Source: Myxococcota bacterium
Lineage (GTDB): Bacteria > Myxococcota_A > SURF-8
Direction: 5' to 3'
Assembly (NCBI GenBank): GCA_965140415.1
Contig: OZ223209.1
Span: forward strand, 5,856,001 to 5,920,000
DNA length: 64,000 nt
Position numbers and translations under genes: made by a program. The notes under the pieces were generated by a model. That model searched no databases. It was not told the DNA's origin and was given only the letters and a program-made list of their open reading frames with translations. Positions 1 through 7,993 of this stretch are shown here, one piece after another. Within the stretch, counting starts at the first letter, position 1. Each line of letters starts with the position of its first letter.

Positions 1-435
1 CAGGCAACCATAGTAGCAAGCCAGCGGCAGACCGCCCAGCGAGCGCTTGCGCTTCTGCGCCAGTTCCACCAGAACTTCCGTTCTGCTCAATAATTGCGAG
101 ATATGCACGATTTCGAAGGTGGGGTTGTATTCGGTCAGTCCATATTCTTCGGGTTGTTGCCTTAACTCGTGATCCGCCGCCATCAGGCGACTGTAGCAAG
201 CCGAGCAGGGGACCAGAAGATCTTCTCCTACTTGCTGAGCCAGTTGCAGATTACGCGCGCTTAATTTTGTGGCCAACTCATGGCTGGTCATGTGCGCGCT
301 GCTGGCGCCACAGCAATTCCAATCTGCCAATTCTACCAGTTCAATATCCAGGTAATGCGCCACCTCGCGCACGGACTCCTGATATTCACGAGCCGTGCCG
401 GTCAACGAGCACCCAGGATAGTAGCTCATGCGCAT
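1..435 (-). CDS. hdrB: Heterodisulfide reductase subunit B-like (CCG domain), partial; runs off the window start
   Basis: Not in the ORF track. Manual translation from ATG at 435: MRMSYYPGCSLTGTAREYQES...DWNCCGAS...VPCSACYSRL...ACYYGCL, the YYPGC, CCG and CxxC motifs of HdrB. It starts 2 nt after the hdrC stop, with an AAGGAGG RBS. Confidence 0.9.
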   Translation of the reverse strand, partial: MRMSYYPGCSLTGTAREYQESVREVAHYLDIELVELADWNCCGASSAHMTSHELATKLSARNLQLAQQVGEDLLVPCSACYSRLMAADHELRQQPEEYGLTEYNPTFEIVHISQLLSRTEVLVELAQKRKRSLGGLPLACYYGCL

Positions 436-437
436 GG

Positions 438-1001
438 CTACCCCTCCTTTCCGCTGCGTTTAAAGATTTCCCGCAGTTCTGCACGCGCTTTGATGCGATT
501 GGGCAGGAATTTCAATTTTCCGCGCCCGAACATGCGCATACCCAGTTTCATGTCGCCGAACAAGTCACCACTGCGCAGCTTGTAGGCTCCGATCATTCCC
601 AGTTCGTAGGTGCGTCCATGAGACTCTACGGAGTCTAAAAAGGCCTTATGAAACGCCACGATGCGCGGTTCCGTCGGTTTGTATCCGCGCCGCAGGCCGA
701 AGGAACGCAAGGTGTCCATGGCGGCGGCGATGTCGATATCGTTGGGGCAGCGCGTACTACAGGTTTCACAGGAGGCGCACAGCCAAATGGTGTGGCTCTG
801 CATCAGTTCCTCTTCCGCTCCGTAGGCACACAAACGGATAACTTCCATGGGCAGCAGATCGAAGAAAGAGGACACCGGGCATCCTGCCGAGCAGCGCCCG
901 CATTGATAACAGGCTTGCACGTCCACACCGCGCTCGCGCAATTCACGCAGCAGTTTGCGGCTGGCCTTGGCCGGATTGATAGCGGCGGTCTGTTCGCTCA
1001 T
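438..1001 (-). CDS. hdrC: Heterodisulfide reductase subunit C-like 2x[4Fe-4S] protein
   Basis: CYQCGRCSAGCP and WLCASCETCSTRCP motifs; adjacent to hdrB. Confidence 0.9.
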   Translation of the reverse strand: MSEQTAAINPAKASRKLLRELRERGVDVQACYQCGRCSAGCPVSSFFDLLPMEVIRLCAYGAEEELMQSHTIWLCASCETCSTRCPNDIDIAAAMDTLRSFGLRRGYKPTEPRIVAFHKAFLDSVESHGRTYELGMIGAYKLRSGDLFGDMKLGMRMFGRGKLKFLPNRIKARAELREIFKRSGKEG

Positions 1002-2551
1002 GGTTCTTCTCCCGACTGACCTGGCTGCCAGACCGGGAAACGCAGCGTAAAGCGCGCGCCTTCACCCGGATCGGACTGTACCCGGATCGTGCCTTTGTGC
1101 TCGCGCACGATGGCATAGGAAACCGAAAGACCCAGGCCGGTGCCTTCGCCTTGCGGTTTGGTTGTATAAAACGGATCGAAGATCTGGGGTAGCACCTCCG
1201 GGGTGATGCCCGGACCGTCATCTTGAATGACGACTTCGGCAAAGTCGTTCTGAGAACGCAGACGGCTGGAAATCGACAACGTACCTTTACCCTGCATGGC
1301 CTGGGCTGAATTGACGACGATGTTCATAAATACCTGGTTCAGCCGAGCGGGATTGCCCTGGATGTAACCCAGATCCTCTTGTAAATCGAGTTTCAACCGG
1401 ATGTTGTGGAACAGCGGCTGCATTTCCAATAATGCCAGCGTTTTGGTCACGATTTCGTTCAGTTCCATTTCGACCATGTCGTAAGCCGTCTGGTGAGAAA
1501 ACTCCAACAGATCCGCCACGATTACCTTGCAGCGTTCGGCTTCGTGGATGATGGTCTGAAGATCCGCTGCCAAGGGATGCTCCTCGCCCAGTTCCTCTTT
1601 GACCAGGTTGGCGTAGAGCATGATGCCGCTCATGGGGTTGTTGATTTCATGGGCCACACCGGCTGCAAGTCGTCCCAGCCCGGCCATTTTTTCCGACTGC
1701 AACAGCATCTGGTGGGTTTGTTGCAAATCTTCCTGGAACTTATGGATGACGCGCAGATCGGTGAAAATTCCGAAGGTGGCATGTTCCTGACCATGATCGT
1801 ATATGATGCCGCCGGAGAAACTCATCGGAATCAATTGGCCGTCTTTGGTGATGGCGGTCAGTTCATGCCGCAACAGTTTCCCCTTGCCGCCGTACTCGTC
1901 GCTGCGCATACGTCGCAGAATATCGCGCGCCTCTCCCTCCGGGTACAGGCGCGAAACATGTAGTGTTTCCAGTGCCTCCCGCTCGTCGTATCCCAATAGA
2001 CTTTGCGCACCCTGGTTAAAAAGAATCAGGCGGCCTTTCATGTCCGAGGCGATGATGCCATCGACCGAAGAGTCGATCAGGTTGTGGAAAAAGGAGTTGC
2101 GCCGCCGCAGTTCGCTTTCCAGTTCGATACGGTCGTTGATGTCGATCAGAATCACGGCGTAATTGTCGTTTTGCGAATCGGGGCGCATGAAGACCACTTC
2201 GACCGTACGCCTGCGCTCGTCTCCCTGACGACGCAAAGTCATTTCGTGGCGGAAGGATTCGTCGAACAAACGCTCGGAAAAGAACAAGCCGTTCTCGCCG
2301 CCAAGTACCGGATCGTCCGCAATGCGCAGCGCCTCAACCAAGGGCTCACCTGCCAGTTTCCCGTAAGCCATACCCAGAAAACGGCTGGCCGCCGGGTTGC
2401 CGTAGAGAATGCGGTGTTGATTGTCGATCACCAACACGCCGTTGGGCGTCTGCTCCAGAATCGTATACAGCATCAGGTTGGACCCCAACTCGTGCACCAG
2501 CTTGGAAAGCAGATTTTCCCCCACTGATGACATCGGTTGCGGATTCAACAT
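998..2551 (-). CDS. Cytoplasmic two-PAS sensor histidine kinase (NtrB-like)
   Basis: Two PAS-like segments, H-box GVAHEINNP, N-box QVFMNIVVNSAQAM, DDGPGI, FDPFYTTK and GTGLGL. No TM helix. Start moved to ATG 2551 to avoid overlap with the metF-like gene; ATGA overlap with hdrC. Confidence 0.88.
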   Translation of the reverse strand: MLNPQPMSSVGENLLSKLVHELGSNLMLYTILEQTPNGVLVIDNQHRILYGNPAASRFLGMAYGKLAGEPLVEALRIADDPVLGGENGLFFSERLFDESFRHEMTLRRQGDERRRTVEVVFMRPDSQNDNYAVILIDINDRIELESELRRRNSFFHNLIDSSVDGIIASDMKGRLILFNQGAQSLLGYDEREALETLHVSRLYPEGEARDILRRMRSDEYGGKGKLLRHELTAITKDGQLIPMSFSGGIIYDHGQEHATFGIFTDLRVIHKFQEDLQQTHQMLLQSEKMAGLGRLAAGVAHEINNPMSGIMLYANLVKEELGEEHPLAADLQTIIHEAERCKVIVADLLEFSHQTAYDMVEMELNEIVTKTLALLEMQPLFHNIRLKLDLQEDLGYIQGNPARLNQVFMNIVVNSAQAMQGKGTLSISSRLRSQNDFAEVVIQDDGPGITPEVLPQIFDPFYTTKPQGEGTGLGLSVSYAIVREHKGTIRVQSDPGEGARFTLRFPVWQPGQSGEEP

Positions 2552-2567
2552 GATGTATCCATCCGTT

Positions 2568-3440
2568 TCAGCGCCCGATCCGGTCCAGGAATTCCGGTAA
2601 ACGCAGACCCCAGCCCAGCGCATGCAACACGGCCCCCGCACAACGTTGTTGTATGTCTTTCATGAAATCGGCGGCGATTTCCACACCGGCCTGAGCCTTG
2701 ACCGGGGAGTCCATCATCCGCTTTAAATATTCCGTCGGTACGGAAGGCACCCCGGGCAGGTTGTCCAGGTAACGAATCATCGCTACCGACTTGAGCAGCA
2801 TGACGGTGGAGAATAGTTTCAATCCGGCATCTTCGGCTTTCTGGATGAACAGCTCGATGATGTTCAGATCGTAGGTTGGCCCCAATAGCACGAAGTCCAC
2901 GCCGTACTCTGCGTAACGCGCCAGTTCTTCGGCGTGCTTTCGATTTACCGAGTGGTCGTCGGATAGATCCAGACCTGCACCGATAGTGAACTCGGTACCG
3001 CCCTCCAACGCTTCACCACCCAAATCTTTTCCGTTGTTCAATGCGCCCACGGCTTGCAGCATGGTGTTCAGATCCAGATCGCCGCTGGTGCGCACCATGG
3101 GCTGATCGCCCCAGCTCGGGTCGATCCCTTCCTTTATAATGACGTTCCTCACTCCCAGCGCGTAAGCACTCAACAGATCGGCCTGTAAGGAAATCCGGTT
3201 ACGGTCGCGTCCGTTGATGACGATCAGTGGGTCCAGGTTGCTTTCCAGCAGCCGCAACGCCGGAGCCAGTGGAGACATGCGCATCACTGCATGTTCGCTG
3301 TCCGTTACCGCCACCGTGTCCACGCGTCCACGCAGTTGCAGCGTACGTTCCACAAAGGCGTCCAGTGTCGCGCCTTTGGGCGGATCTACCTCGGCTACCA
3401 GACAGAACTCGTTTTTCTTGATGAATTCGGCAAATGACAT
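2568..3440 (-). CDS. Methylenetetrahydrofolate reductase (MetF)-family protein with divergent active-site motifs
   Basis: AEVDPPKG, GRDRNRISLQADLLSAYALGVRN and GDQP motifs typical of the MTHFR family; AGGAGG RBS. Confidence 0.8.
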   Translation of the reverse strand: MSFAEFIKKNEFCLVAEVDPPKGATLDAFVERTLQLRGRVDTVAVTDSEHAVMRMSPLAPALRLLESNLDPLIVINGRDRNRISLQADLLSAYALGVRNVIIKEGIDPSWGDQPMVRTSGDLDLNTMLQAVGALNNGKDLGGEALEGGTEFTIGAGLDLSDDHSVNRKHAEELARYAEYGVDFVLLGPTYDLNIIELFIQKAEDAGLKLFSTVMLLKSVAMIRYLDNLPGVPSVPTEYLKRMMDSPVKAQAGVEIAADFMKDIQQRCAGAVLHALGWGLRLPEFLDRIGR

Positions 3441-3593
3441 CCAGTCTCCTCCTGCAAGAGTTGCAAGACACCGTGTACGACCGGATCGAGATCGCTTTGG
3501 AGTGGGGAACTGGAATACGCGAATGAGAGGTGCTTCCCTACATGAATGGGAATTCGCGCTAGTTCATGATTGCTAGCGTAATGCTAATGTTTT

Positions 3594-3622
3594 ACCGTAG
3601 CAGTAAAAAAGAACGAGGTCAA
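3594..3622 (-). promoter_or_regulatory. Putative sigma70 promoter of the metF-like/kinase/hdrCB operon
   Basis: Minus strand TTGACC-N17-TACGGT. Confidence 0.4.
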
Positions 3623-3683
3623 GCGAGTCTTTTGGATTAAAAATGAGTGGTCATTCATCTTTTCGAGAATGTATGATTGCGCG

Positions 3684-4451
3684 CTACTTCGGTTTGCTTG
3701 AATTGATGCAGCCGGATACCTGCTCGCAGGTCAAGGCACGGGAGAGGCAGTCGAGCAAACTTGCGTCGGCATCGACACCGATCTGGCGTTCGCAGTCGGT
3801 GGCGTCCAGGTAAACCGCGTCGGGCACGCAGCGCAGCAGGCGCGCGCAGGCTTTGGTGATTATTGAGGGCTGGGGCGTTGCAGTCGTTTGTACGGGTGCG
3901 ATCTTTCGGTCGGCTTCGCGTTTGCGCAAGCGTTCGATAGCGGCCCGCACCAGCGCCATGTTTTCTTTTCGCACACCCAGTTGAGCCACACTGCCCGAAC
4001 CGATATGATCGTCCGTTTCCTCTTTGTGCAGACGCAGCGATTTCCAGGAGGTCAGCCCCTGCAAACCTACGGTCACACTCTCGATCTTTTTCCAGGCAAA
4101 CTCCGCCTGCGATCCGTCGTCAAGATTTCCCACGCAGGCTACATTACCGCGCTCGTTCGTTTTTGCACAATTTGCATCGGCTTTGTAACCCCACTTCGCC
4201 CCGCTTTCATCCACGATCAATTCCATCTGCTTGCAGCGTTTGGTTCGTGACCAGAAGTTGCAGTTGTAGTCTTCCCAGGCGGCACGAAAGACGGTCAATG
4301 CTTCCGCTTTACTCATCTCGCCATATTGAGACTCGTTCTTATCGGTCAGAGAAGAGGGAAGCGAAATGCGCGCCGTATCCGTGGCGCAAGCGCAACATGC
4401 AAGCAGAAGAAGAACAAGCGGCAAGCGTAGCAGGTGGTTTGAAACTGGCAC
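3684..4451 (-). CDS. Hypothetical lipoprotein with C-terminal Cys-rich domain
   Basis: Hydrophobic stretch and lipobox-like LLLLACCAC; C-terminal CARLLRC..DC..DC..TC..GC. Start is uncertain (GTG 4451 chosen; ORF track begins at 4553). Confidence 0.55.
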   Translation of the reverse strand: MPVSNHLLRLPLVLLLLACCACATDTARISLPSSLTDKNESQYGEMSKAEALTVFRAAWEDYNCNFWSRTKRCKQMELIVDESGAKWGYKADANCAKTNERGNVACVGNLDDGSQAEFAWKKIESVTVGLQGLTSWKSLRLHKEETDDHIGSGSVAQLGVRKENMALVRAAIERLRKREADRKIAPVQTTATPQPSIITKACARLLRCVPDAVYLDATDCERQIGVDADASLLDCLSRALTCEQVSGCINSSKPK

Positions 4452-4630
4452 GATAAAATCCTTTGTATCGGCAATTCGAAAAGAGTCGGGCACGTCCGAT
4501 TGGAACGGATTGTAAACGCGGCCTCTTGTTCGTGCAAGCAAGAAGTCGCACAAGCACCTTCCCCCCGAAACGAGAAGCGATAGGTTCGCGCGATACTAAT
4601 GATAGCGGCTAGAACCGGGTAGTAAATATT

Positions 4631-5317
4631 CTACACGTAGGGTTGATCGTCTTTATAGGGTTTGGCGATCTGGATGCAGATATTGTAAATGTGGCGCATC
4701 ACTCGCTTGTGGAAACGGAATAACAATGCGGTGGCCACCGGGGTTCTAGATAAAGACGGGTCTTTCATCAGGTCGAACATGATGAAATCACAGCGCTTCG
4801 TATGAGGAATGACTTCATCGCAGATCTGCTGGCAGAGCTGGGCATCGTCCTGTTTGTACGCTTGGATCATACGTGGAAACGCGCTTGAAACCCAGGCTCG
4901 CTGTTGCTGGATATCCTTTGGGTATTCGTCGCCGAGGATCGTCACGCCTTTCAGCAACAATTTGAACATGTTCTTGGAGTAATCGCCGATGCGTTCCGCA
5001 TTCTTGATCAAACCCAGAAACATCATGCGACTGGGAATATCTGCGCCGGGTCGTGAGGAAGACATCGAAACCAACACTTCCCTGCGGATAGACTCTTCCA
5101 GGCGGTTCAATTCTTCGTCCTGCGCCACGACCTGAGTTCTGACTTCTTCTGTAATGGGAACACCATCCAACAAGATGGTCATAATCTGTTCGTAGAGCCG
5201 ATGCGAGATCACCAGCATGGACTCAAAATGTTCCGCCAAAGGATCGGTTCGTGATTCTTGAGCGTTCATGCCAAGCAACGTCGCGATCAGAGAAGGTTTT
5301 CTGATTTCAGCACACAT
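4631..5317 (-). CDS. PhoU-domain protein
   Basis: DEELNRLEESIR and AERIGDYSKN motifs plus a second helical repeat, characteristic of PhoU domains; no pst genes nearby. Confidence 0.75.
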   Translation of the reverse strand: MCAEIRKPSLIATLLGMNAQESRTDPLAEHFESMLVISHRLYEQIMTILLDGVPITEEVRTQVVAQDEELNRLEESIRREVLVSMSSSRPGADIPSRMMFLGLIKNAERIGDYSKNMFKLLLKGVTILGDEYPKDIQQQRAWVSSAFPRMIQAYKQDDAQLCQQICDEVIPHTKRCDFIMFDLMKDPSLSRTPVATALLFRFHKRVMRHIYNICIQIAKPYKDDQPYV

Positions 5318-5578
5318 GATGGACCTCGATTCGGGTTCAGCAGATATTTCGACGCCAGCATACTGAAAAGCACAACCGAAATCAACGGCAGATTGTTAGA
5401 AATTGGGTAATTTCCACAGGATCTTGTCATTTTCGCTCAGGTTCATCTGCGTCATAAGTTGGAATAAAGCTAACTGGACAACAACGAATATGACGCAATG
5501 CAATGCTCACAAGTGAAACTGTAACATATTGTATAAACTTAAGAATATTATTCATTGTGAAAAAATTAAAAAAACAGC

Positions 5579-5607
5579 TTGACACTGATAATGCAATGCG
5601 TTATATT
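5579..5607 (+). promoter_or_regulatory. Sigma70 promoter for the 5678 gene
   Basis: TTGACA-N17-TATATT with an A-rich UP-like tract upstream. Confidence 0.7.
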
Positions 5608-5677
5608 CTTGTTAATGGTTATGTTGTAAATGCCGGATACGAGTTTTGTATTCGATAAAATTTGAAAGGAGAACATC

Positions 5678-6034
5678 ATGGAACTCAGCAGCATTCAGCA
5701 GCGTGTGGAAGAACAGGCCAAGCAAATGTTCAAAGATGTGGAGAGCAACATCAAGAAACTGGAAGAAAAGACTCAGCCGCGCTGGAAGGAAATCCAACAG
5801 CGTCTGGATTCAGTTCTCGATCTGCGCAATCTAACCCAGAACGAAAAGCTGAAAGAACTCAAGGGAAATTGGCAGCAAACCGGTAAGCAGTGGAAAGAAA
5901 ACGGCACCCAGTGGGCCGAAGAAAACTACTCTAACTTGCTGGATACACTTGGTATTGCAACAAAAGACGAAGTGGACACGCTGCGCAAGAAGTTGTCTTC
6001 CTTGCAGCGCAAAATCAGTAATTTCGGAAAATAA
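5678..6034 (+). CDS. Small coiled-coil protein, phasin/PHA granule-associated (PhaI/PhaF-like) candidate
   Basis: Strong AAGGAG RBS; amphipathic helices; C-terminal LGIATKDEVDTLRKKL resembles the L-x-[IV]-[AP]-[TS]-[KR]-x-[ED]-[VI] motif of phasin-family proteins. Confidence 0.5.
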   Translation: MELSSIQQRVEEQAKQMFKDVESNIKKLEEKTQPRWKEIQQRLDSVLDLRNLTQNEKLKELKGNWQQTGKQWKENGTQWAEENYSNLLDTLGIATKDEVDTLRKKLSSLQRKISNFGK

Positions 6035-6091
6035 TTCCGGATGAACGGGGGGTTGACATAGTCTGTCGGTGTGTGGCTCGACAGGAAAAAA

Positions 6092-6130
6092 CAGAATGCG
6101 GAGGCTCTTGGGCTTCCGCATTCTGCATTT
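6092..6130 (+). terminator. Hairpin, probable intrinsic terminator after the phasin-like gene
   Basis: CAGAATGCGGAG...TTCCGCATTCTG inverted repeat, with an A-tract before it and a weak T-tract after it. Confidence 0.5.
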
Positions 6131-6560
6131 CCGGTCATGAAACGATTCCGGAGCAATTTTTTCATTTTTTTTTGCTTTTTGTATAGAAGTAGAATTTCCT
6201 ACAAGCCGCGCATAGTTGCGTCGCAAGAGAGGCTGTCAGGCGGGTTTTGGCGGGTGAAGAGCTGGAAAAATGATTTGACAACCTCGCCTGGGATCGGTTA
6301 CAAAATTCGATGGAAAGGGCAAAAACCGGACCATTTCAAACTGGGCCGGTTTGCTTTTTGGGTTTGTAAAAGCCTGAAATCGTATGCTTTTTCCAGTTTT
6401 CCTCCCTTCTGGGGTGCTTGCCGGAGCGCCCCAGATTTTTTTTAAGCAGCTTGCAACCGATGAAGAATTCAAGTGAAATTCAGTAACGGGAGGCCCTTGG
6501 CCTGCAACTTGTGTTCAAGCCGCTTACAACGAGTAAAACTCTCAATGAAGTGAGATCGAC

Positions 6561-7340
6561 ATGGCAACTTCAGCTTCACTACGGGACCGAATCACCATTG
6601 TGCTGGTGGAACCGCTTTTCGCCGGGAATATCGGATCGGCTTGTCGTGCAATGAAAAATATGGGCTTGCACGATCTGCGCATGGTGCACCCCCCATTGGA
6701 TCGCAAGGAAGAGGCGTCCCGTATGGCGCACGGCGCGTTGGACGTCCTGGAAAATGCCCGGCGTGTCTTCACGTTGGAGGAAGCCCTGGAGGACGTTCAG
6801 TTCGTCGTGGGAACGACGGCGAGACTGGGCGGTTGGCGCGAACAGATCCAGACCCCGCGTCAGGCAGCAGGGAAGATTATGGAAATCGCAGCAAGTAACA
6901 AGGTCGCGATTCTCTTCGGTTCCGAAGACCGGGGATTGTCCAATGAGGCGATCAAGCGCTGCAACATGCTGATTTCCGTTCCCACCTCCAAGCAGCAGCG
7001 TTCGCTGAACCTGGCGCAGGCCGTGCTGTTGATTGCCTATGAGTTGTATATCACGGAGTTTGAGGGCACAGCCAAGTCACCGGGATTGGCCGCCTCCAAT
7101 CAGGTGGAAGGAATGTTCCAGGATCTGAGTGAAGCGCTGGAGTTGATTCACTTTTTACGCCCCGGAAACCCGGAGTACTGGATGATGGCATTCAAGCGCC
7201 TGTTCGGGCGCTCGGGATTGACGACGCCGGAAGTCAATATGCTGCGCGGCGTGTGTCGACAGATCCGCTGGGTGCATTCGCTGGTGGATCAGTCGATCTG
7301 GGATGAAAAAGAGCGAAAGCGCAGGGCGCGCCAGTCATAA
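6561..7340 (+). CDS. trmJ: TrmJ/TrmH-family SPOUT tRNA methyltransferase
   Basis: IVLVEP..GNIGSACRAMKNMG, GTTAR, LFGSEDRGLSN and SLNLAQAV motifs. Confidence 0.88.
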   Translation: MATSASLRDRITIVLVEPLFAGNIGSACRAMKNMGLHDLRMVHPPLDRKEEASRMAHGALDVLENARRVFTLEEALEDVQFVVGTTARLGGWREQIQTPRQAAGKIMEIAASNKVAILFGSEDRGLSNEAIKRCNMLISVPTSKQQRSLNLAQAVLLIAYELYITEFEGTAKSPGLAASNQVEGMFQDLSEALELIHFLRPGNPEYWMMAFKRLFGRSGLTTPEVNMLRGVCRQIRWVHSLVDQSIWDEKERKRRARQS

Positions 7341-7495
7341 AGTTTGTACGACACCAATTCCCACATGAAAAAAACAAACCGGTATTCCGCATAACGAATT
7401 GCTTCCGCTTGCCCCAATCCAAATGCTGAAAGCCTGTGAGATTGCAATTCTCTTGACTCGTTTGTCGCTTTTTGCTAGGTAGTAGTTCGATCTGA

Positions 7496-7571
7496 GCGGG
7501 AGTAACTCAGTTGGTAGAGTGGAAGCTTCCCAAGCTTCAAGTCGCGGGTTCGAGTCCCGTCTCCCGCTCCA
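7496..7571 (+). tRNA. tRNA-Gly (anticodon CCC)
   Basis: GCGGGAG/CTCCCGC acceptor stem, D arm, GAAGC-TTCCCAA-GCTTC anticodon arm, GGTTCGAGTCC T arm, encoded 3' TCCA; 76 nt. Confidence 0.97.
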
Positions 7572-7993
7572 GTTCACCAATGAAACGGTCGTTTTAATGG
7601 CGATCGTTTTTTCCTTTTTATGTCTTCTCTCAATTAAACTCGAAACATGTTGTCCCAAGATTCTAGTTTTGATTGGTTTTAACTTATTATTAATTATGTA
7701 AAATTCTATAAAAAAACATGGAAATTTGCCGTATTATTACTGTAGAATATCTTTGTATGAAAGAGCTTCGCTGGAACCAGCGGCGAGAATTGTTTTTCCT
7801 GATGAAACAGGGATTCGGGACCATGCGGTTCCGGGTAGTCAAATAGTATGTTCTGAGGTATACTATTTGAATTATTTTACGAATGTCTTGCACTGGGGTA
7901 TAATCCGCCTTTGCGGGACTCTTCTTGAGTGGGGCTGGTTCAACTGAGGGAGCTAGAGTTAGAAACTTAGCGGTTGCCAGGATATACAGGTCA

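Noticed and set aside
6071-6445. 124-aa ORF between the phasin-like gene and trmJ
   Set aside because: No RBS or motif, low-complexity F/K composition, and it overlaps hairpins and promoter-like elements.
7572-7925. AT-rich stretch after tRNA-Gly as a genomic island attachment site
   Set aside because: No integrase and no duplicated tRNA 3' end seen in the window; downstream genes include core glmU/glmS.
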